Assembly: GCA_030704615.1 (NCBI GenBank)
Contig: CM060733.1
Coordinates: forward strand, 22,196,001 to 22,260,000
Direction: 5' to 3'
DNA: 64,000 bases
From: Takakia lepidozioides
Taxonomy: Eukaryota; Plantae; Bryophyta
Shown: positions 1-12,451 of the stretch, in pieces
How the letters are laid out: the number at the start of each line of letters is the position of its first letter
How positions within the stretch are numbered: the first letter of the stretch is position 1
Position numbers and translations under genes: made by a program
The notes under the pieces: generated by a model
The model's database searches: none
What the model was told of the DNA's origin: nothing
What the model saw: the letters and a program-made list of their open reading frames with translations, nothing else

Positions 1-3000
1 CACATACCCCACCTCCTTCATCTGCCCAGACAATCTTCTCAGGTCAGCATGGATTTCCTTAATTTTGGGATGTAACTTGTCATCTACAACGAAGGTGTGC
101 ACCCTGTTGCTAACCTCAATGCCGAAGCAACCTGGCTCCTTTCTAACCCCTCTGACCTTCATCATTTTTCTCACCTTTGCAGTATCATCCCACCTGCCAG
201 CTGCAACATAGATGTTTGATAGCAACACATAGGTCGCGACATCCTGTTCATCCCACTTGAGGATAGATGTTGTTGCACGTTTAGCTATCTCCACATTGCC
301 ATGGATTCTGCAGGCACCAAGCAAGGCCTTCCACACCACAACCTCTGGATTGATTGGCATTTTATTAATCAGGTCCACTGCCTCATCCAGTTGTCATGCA
401 CGTCCAAGAAGGTCCACCATGCAGCCAAAGGGCTTTACTGTCGGAGTAACACCATGATCTTGACTCAGGGAACCGAAGTAGCGTCTTCCTTCATTCAGTA
501 GGCCAGTGTGGCTGCATGCAGATAGAACACAGATAAATATGATACTGTCCGGCTTCAAGCCATTCTTTTACATTCCTTCAAATAGTTGTAGGACCTCCCT
601 ATGACAACCATGCTGGGCATATCCTATGATCATCGCATTCCACGACACCACATTTAATTCAGTCACATTGTCAAATACTCCCTTTGCATCCTCAATGCAC
701 CCACATTTCACATACATGTCCACCAGGGCAGTGTCCATAATGATGTTTGATACAATTCCAGCTTTGAGGATGTCACCATGCACCTCTTTGCCCTTTTCCA
801 GGGCTGCCAGGCTTACACAAGCACTGCAAACGTACACAAACTTGATGTTGTTGCCCTTCACCCCTTCCGCCATCATTTGTTCATAGGTCTCCAAGTCTTT
901 CATTCCACGCCCTGCTGTGCATATCCTGCCAGCATGGCGTTCCATGACACCAAATCTCGTTCAGCCATATTGTTGAACACTCCCTCCGCATCCTCAATGC
1001 TCCCACATTTGGCATACATGTCCACGAGGGTATTGTCCAGAATCACATCTGGTACAAATCCAGCTTTGGCGATGCAACCATGCACCTCTTTGTCCTTTTT
1101 CCAAGGCTGCCAGGCTTGCATACGTACTGCAAATGCACACAAACATGATGTGGTCGGGCTTCACCCCTTCCCCTATCATTTGCTCATAGGTCTCCAAGTC
1201 CTCCATCCCACGCCCTGCTGTGCATATCCTGCAAGCATCACGTTCCACGACAACAAATCTTGTTCAGCCATATTGTTGAACACTCCCTCCGCATCCTCAA
1301 TGCTCCCACATTTGGCATACATGTCCACTAGGGCAGTGTTCAGGATCACACCTGGTACAGTTCCAGCTTTGGCGATGCAACCATGCACCTCTTTGCCTTT
1401 TTCCAGGGCTGCCAGGCTTGCACACGCATTGCAAACGCACACAAACGTGATGTGGTCGGGTTTCACCCGTTCCCCCATCATTTGCTCATAGGTCTCCAAA
1501 GCCTCCATCCCACGCCCCTGTTGTGCATACCCTGCAAGCATCACGTTCCACAACACCACATCTTCTTCAACCATTTGAAAACTCCCTTTGCATCCTTCAT
1601 GCACCCTTTGGCATACATGTCCACCAGGGCAGTGTTCAGGATGACATCTGGTATAAATCCAGCTTTGACGATGTCACCATGGACCTCTTTCCCCTTTTCC
1701 AGAGCTCCTAGGCTTGCACACGCATTGCAAACACAAACAAATGTGTTGCGGTTGGGCTTCACCCCTTCGCACATCAATTGGTCATAGGTCTCCAAAGCCT
1801 CCATCCCGCATCCTTGCTGTGCATATCTTGCAATCATCGCACTTCACGACACCACATCTCATTTAGCCATACTGTCAAACACTCCCTTTGCATCCTCGAT
1901 GCACTCACATTTGACATACATGTCCAGCAGGGCAGTGTTCAGAATGACATCGGATACAATTCCAGATTTGACGATGTCACCATGGACATCTTTGCACCTT
2001 TCCAAGGCTGCCAGACTTGCACACGCATTGCCAATGCAAACAAACGTTATGCGGTTGGGCTTCACCCCTTCGCACATCATTTGCTCAGAGGTCTCCAAAG
2101 CCTCCATCCCACGCCCTTGCTGTGCATATCCTGCAATCATCGCACTCCACGACACCACATCTCATTAAGCCATACTGTTGAACACTCCCTTCATACATGT
2201 CCACGAGGGTATTGTTCAGAATGACTCTTGGTACAATTGCAGCTCTGACAATGTCACCATGGACCTCTTCGCCCTTTTCCAGAGCTGCCAGGCTTGTACA
2301 CGCATCGCAAATGCACACAAATGTGATGTGGTCGGGCTTCACCCCTTCCCCCATCATTTGATCATAGGTCTCCAAAGCCTTCATACCACGTCCTTGCTAT
2401 GCATACCCTGCAAGCATCGTCTTCCATGACACCACATCTCGTTCAGCCATAGTATTGAAAACTCTTTTCGCATCCTTAATGCACCCACATTTGGCATACA
2501 AGTCCACCAGGGCAGTGTTCAGAATGACATCTGGTACAATTCCAGCTTTGACGATGTCACCATGGACCTCTTTCCCCTTTTCCAGAGGTCCCAGGTTTGA
2601 CATGTTGACAAGGGTGTTGAGGAGAAAAACAATTGGCGTGAATCCACTTTGGATAATGTAGTGTGCACCTGCTTTCCAGCTTCCAGACCTTTCATCTTGA
2701 TGCACTTAAGCAAGAGATAGACAAACGTATCTGAATCTGCTGAAATGCCTCCTACATTTAGCATACATGTCCACGAGGATATTGTTCAGAATGACATCTG
2801 GTACAATTCCAGCTTTTGCGATGCAACCATGCACCTCTTTGCCCTTTTCCAGGGCTGCCAGGCTTGCAAATGCGCACAAAGATGATGTGGTTGGGCTTCA
2901 CCCCTTCCCCCATCATTTGATCATAGGTCTCCAAAGCCACCATCCCATGTCCCTGCTGTGCATCGCGTGCCACGACACAACATCTTGTTCAGCCATAGTG

Positions 3001-4030
3001 TTGAAAACTCCCTTCGCATCCTTGGCGTGAATCCACTTTGCTTTCCAACTTCCAGACCTTTCATCTTGATGCACTAGTTAAGCAAGAGACAGACAACCGC
3101 AGTGAAGGCCTTCATCCACTAGGCCCACACACAGAGAGAAGAGATATAAAAGTGATACTGTTTGGCTGCATGCCCTACTGTTGCATGCGTTCAAAGAGAT
3201 GCAGGGCCTCAATACCATGACCATGCTGGGCACATCCAGCAATGATCGCACTCCATGACACCACATTCCGTTCAGCCGTATTATCAAACACTTGATGTGC
3301 ATCGTTCATGCTCCCACATTTGGCATACATGTCAACAAGGGTATTCTCCAAAATGATATCAGATGCAATTTCAGCTTTAAGGATATCAGCATGAACCTCT
3401 TTGCCCCTTTCCAGGGCTCCTACGTTGGCACAACCATTGAGGACGCAAATGAATGTGACCTTGTTTGGTGTCACGCCTTCGTGTCGCAATTGCTCATAGA
3501 TTTTGAGAGCCTCCTCAACATGTCCATGCTTGACACAACCTGCCATCATCTTCGTCCATATATTAATGTCTCGTTCAGTCATTTGATGGAATACTTGGCG
3601 TGCGTCCACCAGGCTCCCGCACTTGATTTACATGTTGATAAACGTTGTTGAGTAGAAAGATGGTTGGCTTGGGTCCTCTTTGAATAATATGGGCATGCAC
3701 CTGCTTTCCCTCTTCTAGTTTTTTCAGGTTGATGCACTCCTGCAAGAGACAGATATAAGTATTTGAGTTGGCCACAATGCCTTGTTGGTGCAAAATGTGC
3801 AGCGCCTCTTTCAATTCTCCTGCCTTACACAGGGTCCTTACATACCCACAAGTGCCCGGAAAGCCCTTGTTGACTTCCTCTCTTGGTCCTCTTTCCAAAG
3901 CAGTGGTGATAGTGAAGGTCCTACCCCTCTTAGCAGTCAGATGTCCAGCAAACAATTGAGCCTGATCCAACCTTGCCAGCCTGCATGACTCCAAAGTACT
4001 GTTGTCGCCAATCTCTGACAAAATACTCAA
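1..4030 (-). pseudogene. PLS-class pentatricopeptide repeat (PPR) gene with E/E+ domain (organellar RNA-editing factor type); multiply frameshifted; runs off the left edge
   Basis: Minus-strand ORF pieces repeat the P-L-S triplet 'VILNTALVDMYAKCGSIEDAEGVFNNMAERDLVSWNAMLAGYAQQG..MEALETYEQM..EGVKPDHITFVCVCNACASLAALEKGKEVHG' about every 300 bp. Bases ~545->1 translate to 'VVWKALLGACRIHGNVE..TYVLLSNIYVAAGRWDD..GVRKEPGCFGIEVSNRVHTFVVDDKLHP..QMKEVGYV' (E, PG-box, E+). Many frameshifts and stops. A DYW domain may follow outside the window. Confidence 0.93.
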
Positions 4031-4249
4031 ATACTCAAATGAATGATCTCTAGAGCAGGTTTCTTATAAATGTTTTGAAAACAGTTTGCAGCAATTCCAT
4101 CTGTTTTAGTTGGAAATCTTAAAGACAATACCTTTTGGATTCCTGACATTGAGCGCCAAGGTGTACATCAACAGTAGAATCATAAGCAGAATATGTTTGA
4201 CAAGGTATAAAGGTCGCTAGCTCCGCTTTCACCCAAGGAGGGTTCGACC

Positions 4250-4610
4250 AACATTATATTCCACGTGATCAAAGATCGTTGAGCATCTGCACGATGGAAA
4301 AACTTCTTCACATGGTACATCAAGCAAAAGTCACACCTTGCGATTGCGGTTGTCCCACCATCGTGAAGGATGTTTAAAAAACTCATGCGAGCTCTGCTCC
4401 GTGCTCCAAGGTAGACGTTTGTGCTCAAAAATCCGACCTCTTTCCCCTTTTCCAGGGCTCCCAGGCTTGCACACGCATTGCAAACACAAACAAACGTGAT
4501 GTGGTTGGGCTTCACCTCTTTGTGCATCATTGCTCATAGGTCTCCAAAGCATCCCATGCTCGGTAAATCCTGCCAACATTATATTCCACGTGATCAAAGA
4601 TCGTTGAGGG
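4250..4610 (-). pseudogene. Isolated PPR repeat fragment
   Basis: 'LITWNIMLAGFTEHG / ALETYEQ / VKPNHITFVCVCNACASLGALEKGKEV', bracketed by a ~35-bp direct repeat (AACATTATATTCCACGTGATCAAAGATCGTTGAG at ~4250 and ~4575). Confidence 0.75.
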
Positions 4611-5052
4611 AAAAGCCACGGTTTGCATTGAGCAGCGAGACTGTTGAGTGCTTGCAGCTTGCAAGGTGAAAACCGCAGAGCTCTTGCAGTTCAAGAACTT
4701 CAAGAACTTCAAGAATCGGGCAGTCCGGGCACATTCCGAAAAACTTGGCGCTTTGGGATTTTCGGGCGGCCAGTCCAGGCAGATAGAAAACATTTGACGA
4801 CGACGATGACATGGCTACGATGATGTGTCTATGAAACGTGGTGACGATGACGTGACGACGAAAACGTGGCACTAAGGTACCCTATTCCTGCTCTATGCTA
4901 AACTAGCTTCCGACCGCTAGAATATATATATTCTAGGCTCCCCAACGTACTGGTCATTTCAAAGGGTCGGGGAAAAAGACGTCCCTTGTCCCTTCACAAT
5001 GGGCGGTCGAGTTTTGCGGCGCACCTAACCAACATGTTTGCCTTTTCCTATA

Positions 5053-5709
5053 GCGGGCCCGGGGGGTTGGTATCGCGTGAGCACAAAGTTAAGAGAAATG
5101 GCGTGAGCACAAAAAAAATAGTCGCGTGAGCATAATCCACGGTTATGGGGTTAGCGGAAATACAAATAATAGGCGGATATAGGGACTTTACTGCACTAAT
5201 AGGCGATACATCGAATCTGAATATAACTTAAACCTGAAGATCAGAATCCACATGCACCTGTCAGATAGTTTGAACCTCTAGCCAAGTTTCGCTGGCGAAA
5301 ATCCAAGTTTCACCGGTAAAACCCTAGTTTCACTGGCGAAAATACAAGTTTTGCTGGCAAAAACCATTTTCATTTCGTTGGCGAAACCCATTTTCTGGGT
5401 GGTTATTGGGGATGTTCTAAACACAATGTTACCAAATGCCACATTGTTTATGTGCGCTGATCTTTGAGTTCTGGCATATATATTTGTGGGTCATTGTGCT
5501 CATGCGACTTAAGCTTTGGACGATTAATTTCATGAATTTTTTCGCGTGAGCACAGTTTTCAGATAGTTTCGTATTTCTTACCGCGTGAGCGCATTTGGGT
5601 TTCGCAATAGCATATTTTCAAGAATATTCTAGAATATGCGGAATATTTCTTTGTGCTCACGCTCGCTAGCGTGAGCCTGCTCACATGCTACCCAACCCCG
5701 TGGGCCCGC
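5053..5709. mobile_element. Non-autonomous TIR element (MITE, possibly hAT-like)
   Basis: Imperfect inverted ends GCGGGCCC-GGGGGGTTGGTATCGCGTGAGC / GCTCACATGCTACCCAACCCCG-TGGGCCCGC; repeated subterminal CGCGTGAGC motifs; internal tandem AAGTTT..CTGGCGAAAA units (5283-5390). No clear TSD. Confidence 0.55.
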
Positions 5710-6710
5710 AGCCTTAAAGAATGCTATTGAGTTTAATCCTAAGTTAGATTTTAGGAGAGGGAATGAATTTTGACATTACCATCTAAGACATATTATTATC
5801 ATTTGCTATGTCATGGGCTCACATGGGAGTTGATGCCATGATTTTAGTGGGGCTACATGGAAAGGCCCAACATCCGGGAAATAATTTCAGTTGAACCAGC
5901 CAATAGCCGCTCATTCCCAGCAGCAATCGGCTAAGTGGGTGGGGCAGTCGGTTGCTGCCCCTTAGTGGTACCTATACCCGGTCAATTTCCGAGATAATTT
6001 TTTTACAACCGGTAATATTGTGATTTATTTTGTGTTCAGCTATAAATCCTGCCCTTATAAATATCAACCTGTTGACAACACAAGTGTCAAATGTACAACA
6101 ATAAGTAAATAATAATAATAATAAATAATCACAACCAGTTTTAAGCAATTCAAACAAGTGAAGAACATTGTATCCTTATAGAAGTTGGACCTGTCAATGC
6201 CCTCAAACCACATGGAGGCCAAGAATTGAACCCGCGTGGACAGGTGAGCTGTGATAGCAGGCAGCGAGTGCAAGCAGGCGTGGGGCTGGGGGCTGCGAGA
6301 GCAACATCCAGACTTAACTTAGTAGGGTTTGCCTGCGGCCCCGCCCTCTTGAGTTCAATATTTTTTCACCTCCTCGGATGTAACCCGGCCTGGCACGTTG
6401 GATTCTGCCATGTGGCGGACTTCGACGGCCATTTCCGTTTTTTGTAATATAAGAAGGGCCAGAATCCGTCCAAGCCTTGCCAACTAAGGCAGATTTCCCG
6501 TCTGTAATGAAATGGAAAGGCAAATATCCTTCCTAAAAGTAGGGCACCCGGTTGATTTCCGCTTCGGCCATTTTTTCCCTCGGATCCATTTCTTGAGGTT
6601 TCATATTTCATTCGGAAATTCTGGAATTCAGTCGGCTAGCATGTAACTGGCTGCCGATTCTCCCTGTTGGTTGGAAAGGCCTCCATGGAACCACCCTCTC
6701 ACGTTTTTAA

Positions 6711-7511
6711 CCCTTAAAGGACGAGCTATTTTTTGGTGGGCCCACTAAAAAAGAGTATATACACTTATGGATGGGGGTGTAACTTCTTACCCGTAATGAT
6801 CCAGGGGGATGAACCTTATACTTATGTGCATATCTACTATGTACACGTCCTGTAAAAAATGTAGGCAAATTGACCATTGCATTTGGGAGATTTTAACAAA
6901 ATAATATGCCCCAATTTGTAAATATATTCAAAAATTGCATGCAAAAAATTGTTTGACCATAAAATTGCAGTATTGAGTTGAATCTTCCTAGACAAAGGCC
7001 CTCCATAATCTGATTATATGGCACCTAAACCACTGCCTCCCACAAAAATCAGACCAAAATTCCAAAAATTCAGATAGGCTGCTTTGTATGTGAAATCTGG
7101 GGGGGTAAATTGTCTTGTTTTGGCTTCTTTCACAATTAGACCCATGAGATGATATTTGTTTTCCAATTCCTCTGGTAAGTAAGTGCCTAGTAACATTTCA
7201 TAGTGCCCTGTCCAAATTTTTTGGGATTACGATAAATTTTTAGATGTTATTTTGAAGATTGCCCATTTGGCTGCCACGTAGGCAGGTCAATGGTGCTCTA
7301 ACACTGGATTTTCTGACCCCTTGGCACTTTGAAAATTTCTAGGGAGCATAGCCTTTATGATTTTTTGGCGCTGTAAATTCCCACACGTGCTCCTCTCTGA
7401 CATCCACAATTTATCTTCAGGGTTCACTTCCATCCACTATCATCCACTATCAAACTGAAGCGTGGCAAAAAACTGACGTGACCTGATTCAGGTCGCGTCG
7501 TCCTTTAGGGG
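6711..7511. mobile_element. piggyBac-like non-autonomous element (801 bp)
   Basis: 14-bp TIR CCCTTAAAGGACGA (6711-6724) / TCGTCCTTTAGGGG (7498-7511), 1 mismatch, flanked by TTAA at 6707-6710 and 7512-7515. No transposase inside. Confidence 0.72.
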
Positions 7512-7998
7512 TTAAGGGGCAATTTCCTCTTGGGGGGTGCGGTTTGTTTGGGGGGCAATTGACTCTTAAACACTTCAAACTAGTTCATATACAAAAGGAA
7601 ACCGGATGTTAGCCCCTAGCTAGTACTCCCTACATAAGTCACCGTCTAGTGAGAGCAATCCACAGTCACCGGCCAAGTAGAACCGTGAGGGGCTCGTCAA
7701 GTTTTGACCCTTGGGCACAACCATGGGGCACATCTTTGTACTAGAGAAAGGGCCGGGTAGGGTTGATTCTGCCCTGTAAGCGGCCCTTGGTTGAGCCCTA
7801 TGGTCGCGCACAAGGCCGAATCGGCCCTAGTACACGGCCCTTTCTTCGGCGTAAAAAGTTAATAGGGCATATTCGTACGTATTCATCGGGATTCTACTGT
7901 TTTCCTCTTGCTCACTTCTACAGTGTCTTTTATTGTGCTTGTAGTTTCATTGTTGTTGCGTGTAGTTGTTGCGTTGATGTTCTATATTTTTCTGCTTC

Positions 7999-9302
7999 GT
8001 GATGGAGAGCATGTCACGTGGAGTTCTAGGAGACATTTCCAATGTGCCTCAAATGACGTCAGATGGTAATATGAAGAAAGCGCATCTATCTGCTACGGAT
8101 TCACAAGTGCTGAATTCATGTATTTCAGATTCTGTTGCACAAAAAAATGACGACGAAGAGGATGCGTTTGATTTTGGTTTTTTTCTGCATACCAGTCTGA
8201 TTCAGGAGTTGCTTCTTACGATGATCCAGCTCTTGAAGATATATGTTCAGTGTTGTCGATACTGGATTTCTCGATGTGGGTGGTAATTCGGTTCCTATAA
8301 TTAAAGACATTCTTGATTTGGATGATCTTGCTGTTGAACCGGAGTGGTTAACAAATGACACTCACGTTTTTAGCGACGCTGCTGAAAATATTTCATGCAA
8401 GAACCAGTTAATGATGGCGTTCAGAATGCCGATTCTGCTAGTACTGCTTCAAGCGCGCAAACAATGGCAAAAAAACTCGACCTACTCCGACGTGGATTTC
8501 GACTGTTTGACAAAGAAGAGGTCGAGGAATTGAAGAAGGGAGGACCACGAGAATTACTGTATATGGAGCGCTAGGGGAGGAACCAGTTTGAAGACTGGAG
8601 GAAGGTCACCAGTGGTATTTGCATGGACTCAATTGAAGAAATGTTTATGCATCGCCTGCCGGAACTTGTCTTTCTTAGTTTATGTTAGAGGTGCAGCGCA
8701 AAGACAAAAAACTTTATCCCGGTGCAACCCTCGTTACACTATTGCGCGCTATTGGACGGATTATTAGGGGGAAATTGGAGTCCGATTCTGTTAAGACTAG
8801 TGAAGTGACAGAGAAGTTTGTGCTCATTGACGATCCTCGCTTTTAAAAAGTGTGCATATCTTGCTTAATTGCTGTGAAGAGGTTTGTGAGGACGGGAATA
8901 GGCCATAAAAAGAAAAATATCTCTCTTCTTACATGCGAGATGGGACAGCAAATATTAGCGTCGCCAATGATGTACAGAACCGACAGAAGGGGCTGTGTGT
9001 TGCGTGTAGTGTACTACGTAATACACAATTTTTGTGTACGTGCACAAACTGAATTGTACAACATAATGGACTATGATTTTTCCATTTGCCGAGACAATAG
9101 CAATGGGAAGCATGTCAGGTTCGACGAGAGAGATACAAAGAATCACAAAGTTGATTTGCTACACTGTAAGCTGGAGAAAATGAGGCGGTCAGTAACTTGT
9201 AATCATCCGGATCTCGTTGAGACCTTCGAGACATATATGTTTCATTGGCCGAAGTGGAATGAAAATGATCATGATTGTTTGTTTTTGATTTTTTGTTTTT
9301 GA
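7999..9302 (+). pseudogene. Degenerate Crypton/DUF3504-type tyrosine recombinase
   Basis: Across frameshifts and stops: 'NQFEDWRK..FMLEVQRKDKKLYPGATLVTLLRAIGRII..LIDDPRF*KVCISCLIAVKRFVRTGIGHKKKNISLLTCEM..RVVYYVIHNFCVRAQTELYNIMDYDF..VRFDERDTKNHK..PDLVETFETYM'. This follows the DUF3504 (Crypton/ZMYM/KCTD1/QRICH1) pattern EVRK.DG..YP..TL / FxLRG..E..L / ER.SKN. Truncated before the HxxR and catalytic Tyr. Confidence 0.72.
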
Positions 9303-9614
9303 GCAATTAATGATAATCTCAACCTGAAAGAGCCTGGCGTCTGTGTCATATATACGACACCTTATGATCTGATATGTGCATATGACATGCACATAGGCAT
9401 GTCAAATTTGAATCTTTCCTCTCCTTGTCAGAAAACCCTAGCTTAAGTGAGGCATAAGTGTCAGAACTTATGGCACCCACAGCCCAAAGCGTGAGAACGT
9501 CATGCAACCTTAGCTTTGTGTCGAGAACATGCACAATATTGTATAGATGACATTCTACAATACTATGAAAAATACATTACATAGTGATTTAATTGCAAAA
9601 CTGCGAGGAATGTT

Positions 9615-9685
9615 ATGGATTCCTCCATTGGGGTCATTCGGTCACATGAACTTTGCAAGGGCGTGGACATTACAAACAAGCAGAG
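9615..9685 (+). CDS. Putative first coding exon of the START/PYL-like gene
   Basis: ATG at 9615 reads MDSSIGVIRSHELCKGVDITNKQ and ends in phase 2 at a strong donor AG|GTAAGC (9686). This is phase-compatible with the acceptor TTGTAG| at 12190. Inference only. Confidence 0.3.
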
Positions 9686-10125
9686 GTAAGCCATCATGAC
9701 TTGGGATCCCGCTCACACCAACATAAGCGCGTCACACGCTACCAGCCTCCCTCTCCAAAGGCAATAGCCCTTTGGGGGTTCAAGAGATACCATAATTTAC
9801 GCTTCCTTAGGAGGTGTCATACATCCGATGAAAAGGGAATAAAATGCTAGACATATTCAGAACAGTTCTTACGAGAAATCAGTTTCTGCACTCGTACCAT
9901 GAGTAGAGGAGGTTATTACATCAGTAGTACAACTGTACTCCAATTCATAATGTGGGGCTGTTGTACTTGAGCAGCGGTATATTGACTTCCATATATGTAA
10001 TACCAGATCATTATAACTGAATATGAATCATGGCTTATCCATGAATTAAGGTAGCATAGTATGATGGCAGCAGTGTTTTGTTTTCTTTTTCATTTTTCGT
10101 TTGTTTTCATCACCGCAGTAAACAC

Positions 10126-10805
10126 CAGTGTTGTTCTGGTATCAATTTGGGACATATCAGATTGGTCCTGGTACTAGACATATCACAAAACTTTCATACC
10201 GGTTTGGTCTATATAATGGTGGATGTATTTTCCAGATACTGGTATGAGAATGAATATCATGCCACAATATTAGTAGAAAATCAGCCTATGAGATATCAAT
10301 TGTGGTATCATTCCAAAGCCATCTTGAATTAAAAGTTCATCAAATAGCAAGATCAAGTGAAAACAAGCCTAAAATGGCGATTGGCTCTCTTGCTTTGGCA
10401 AAACATAAAAGGAAGATGAGAGTGAGGGGCATGACTCAGCACAACACACCAATCGGAGCCTTGACACACGGTGTAAGGTCCATTGACCACATTTTCTCCA
10501 TTGACTTCAACATGATGCAAAGTCTCTCTCTACAAGAGAGCCAACAAATACACAAAGAAGTAATGTACATAAATACAAGTATGTAGGCATATTTACACAT
10601 AAATTAGTATAGTATACATACCAAAGTAAATGAGGAGGAAGACGGCAGGGGAGTATCGGTATTGTGGCTGGTATGAAAAAACTGACACCATCCTGGTCTG
10701 GTATATGACTAAGTATTTTCCCAATGGATACCAGACTAGTTTGGTATCTAATACCAGTGCTAATACATATACCAGTACGTCACCTATATACTAGGTCCAA
10801 CACTG
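10126..10805. mobile_element. hAT-type MITE
   Basis: TIR CAGTGTTG (10126) / CAACACTG (10798-10805); 8-bp TSD GTAAACAC / GTACACAT; subterminal (C)TGGTAT/ATACCAG repeats. Internal 10380-10550 matches 54950-55120. Confidence 0.65.
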
Positions 10806-10877
10806 GTACACATAATACATATATCAAGCTGAAAAGAATATATATACTTGTTATTTGCCTCCCCTTTATTGCAAAAA

Positions 10878-11028
10878 TGTGCCTGGCGGTGTCTCACTCA
10901 TACACCTCCATGGCGCAGTTACTGTGAAAGAGGTTATTTTCTCCTCTCACTATTAAGGGGCCTGATTTGTGAGCTGTCGCTCCCAGGTGTTTCCCTTTAA
11001 AAATAGAAAAAAAAAGAAGAAGAAAAAA
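10878..11028 (+). mobile_element. 5'-truncated SINE copy
   Basis: Matches the 3' half of the SINE at 53178-53398 (CCTCTCACTAT..GGGCCTGATTTGTGAGC.GTCGCTCCCAGGTGTTTC) and ends in an A-rich tail. Confidence 0.6.
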
Positions 11029-11589
11029 ATCGATGTTTTTCATTGTTTGATAATTGGGACTTGAATGCGTGTGGTTGTGGCGGGCCGTGGGTGGCACTAC
11101 CAGGCTGGGTCAGTCTGCTCGGGTGAACAGGGGAGAGGCGAGTATGTTGGGCCCACAAAACACCTGAAATATGTAGATAAATAATTAATTATTTCAAGGG
11201 TTTACATAAAGTAGCATCTAGTGTGATGGTAAAGAGCAATTTGTGATGAACGTGAGGCTTGGCTGGTGACATTGTGGTGGTAATGTGTGTTGATTATAAA
11301 TATATATTTTGTTTGAGGAGGGTCTCAAGGTTGGAGTTAGGCACTCGCCTAGTCCGCTCGCCAGTCCACCGGACCGAGTCAATCCGCTTGCTAGTCAGTC
11401 CGCTCATCAATTGCCAGTCTGCTCGCCAATCCGTTGGTCAGTCATGTTATGTCCACCTCTTTGTTAGGAAAGTACACTGAAGGCCGCCTAAAGTAGGTTG
11501 AAACACAAATATTGCCATTGACATTTCATTAAGAAACAAATAATGCGGAACCACCGACATGTGACGATTAAATTTCTGAATTAATATAG

Positions 11590-12152
11590 GGATGGATGTC
11601 TATCAAATTGGCTCCATATAATGCAATGTAGTTATGGTTCCGACTACGGGGGTTCACGAATTTGTTCATTACGAGGAAGAACACGATTTGAACACTCCAT
11701 ATGCACCTAGGGAAAGCCTAGGAACTCGTTGATCCATGTGCAAACGTTGAAACTGAAGATGACGAAGACGAACCTATTTTAAATCCAGTGGCACAAAGTG
11801 ACATTTTCCAATGTTAAGGAGGAATTCAAAGTGATTAATATGTTTCTAGAACAACAACCCTCGGTGGTTGGTCGAGAGACTTTCTGATAGGGTTAGATCT
11901 GTAGAAAATAGTCTAAGTTATCTACGTTGCAGGTTGCAAATTGTCGACATGACACCATTGACAGAATTTTCAGTCGATTTGACATGCAACTCTGTAAATG
12001 TTAGATTTTTTGAAATCATCCCTGGTTTACTGTTACATGGATAAATGTTAAGAAGAGTCTTGGTCGCCCTCTTTAATTGGTAATATGTTATCACTCTGTT
12101 ATTGTTATTTTTTTCTTACTCCCAAGGCGTAACAATAAAGGAGGGTCGACTG
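11590..12152 (+). mobile_element. pogo/Tigger-like (Tc1/mariner) 3' relic
   Basis: Degenerate acidic tail 'VHEFVHYEEEHDL..VETEDDEDEPILNPVA..KVINMFLEQQPS', typical of pogo/CENP-B-like transposase C-termini. Right end reads TA|CAGTCGACCCTCC on the minus strand (CAGT terminus plus TA at 12153-12154). Left end not found. Confidence 0.5.
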
Positions 12153-12451
12153 TAGATGAGTGAACAGTAGTTAGGATTGTCCTGTTGTAGAGACATTCGG
12201 GGGTCCTTCCTTTGGTTTGTCGAGATCCGTTCAAGTCTTTCGCAGCTGCTTCCAGGAACCCTCCAGGGAAAGGCACAAGGGTGGTCCATCAAGGGGTGGC
12301 GGGGTGGTGGCGTCAGCAGCTGCGAGACTGCAGCCATTGCTTTGGTAGACCAACTAGAGACAACTCGGGTGTATCTGGTGGTAAACCACACTACTGTGCA
12401 AGTTGAAGCCCGTGTTTGCCGCCATGACTGGACACCGAAAAGTTCATCACC

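Noticed and set aside
257-3988. Plus-strand ORFs up to 237 aa over the PPR locus
   Set aside because: Antisense shadows of the repetitive PPR coding sequence.
5894-6675. Possible TIR pair AACCAGCCAATAG / CTGTTGGTTGG
   Set aside because: Similarity is too weak and there is no TSD.
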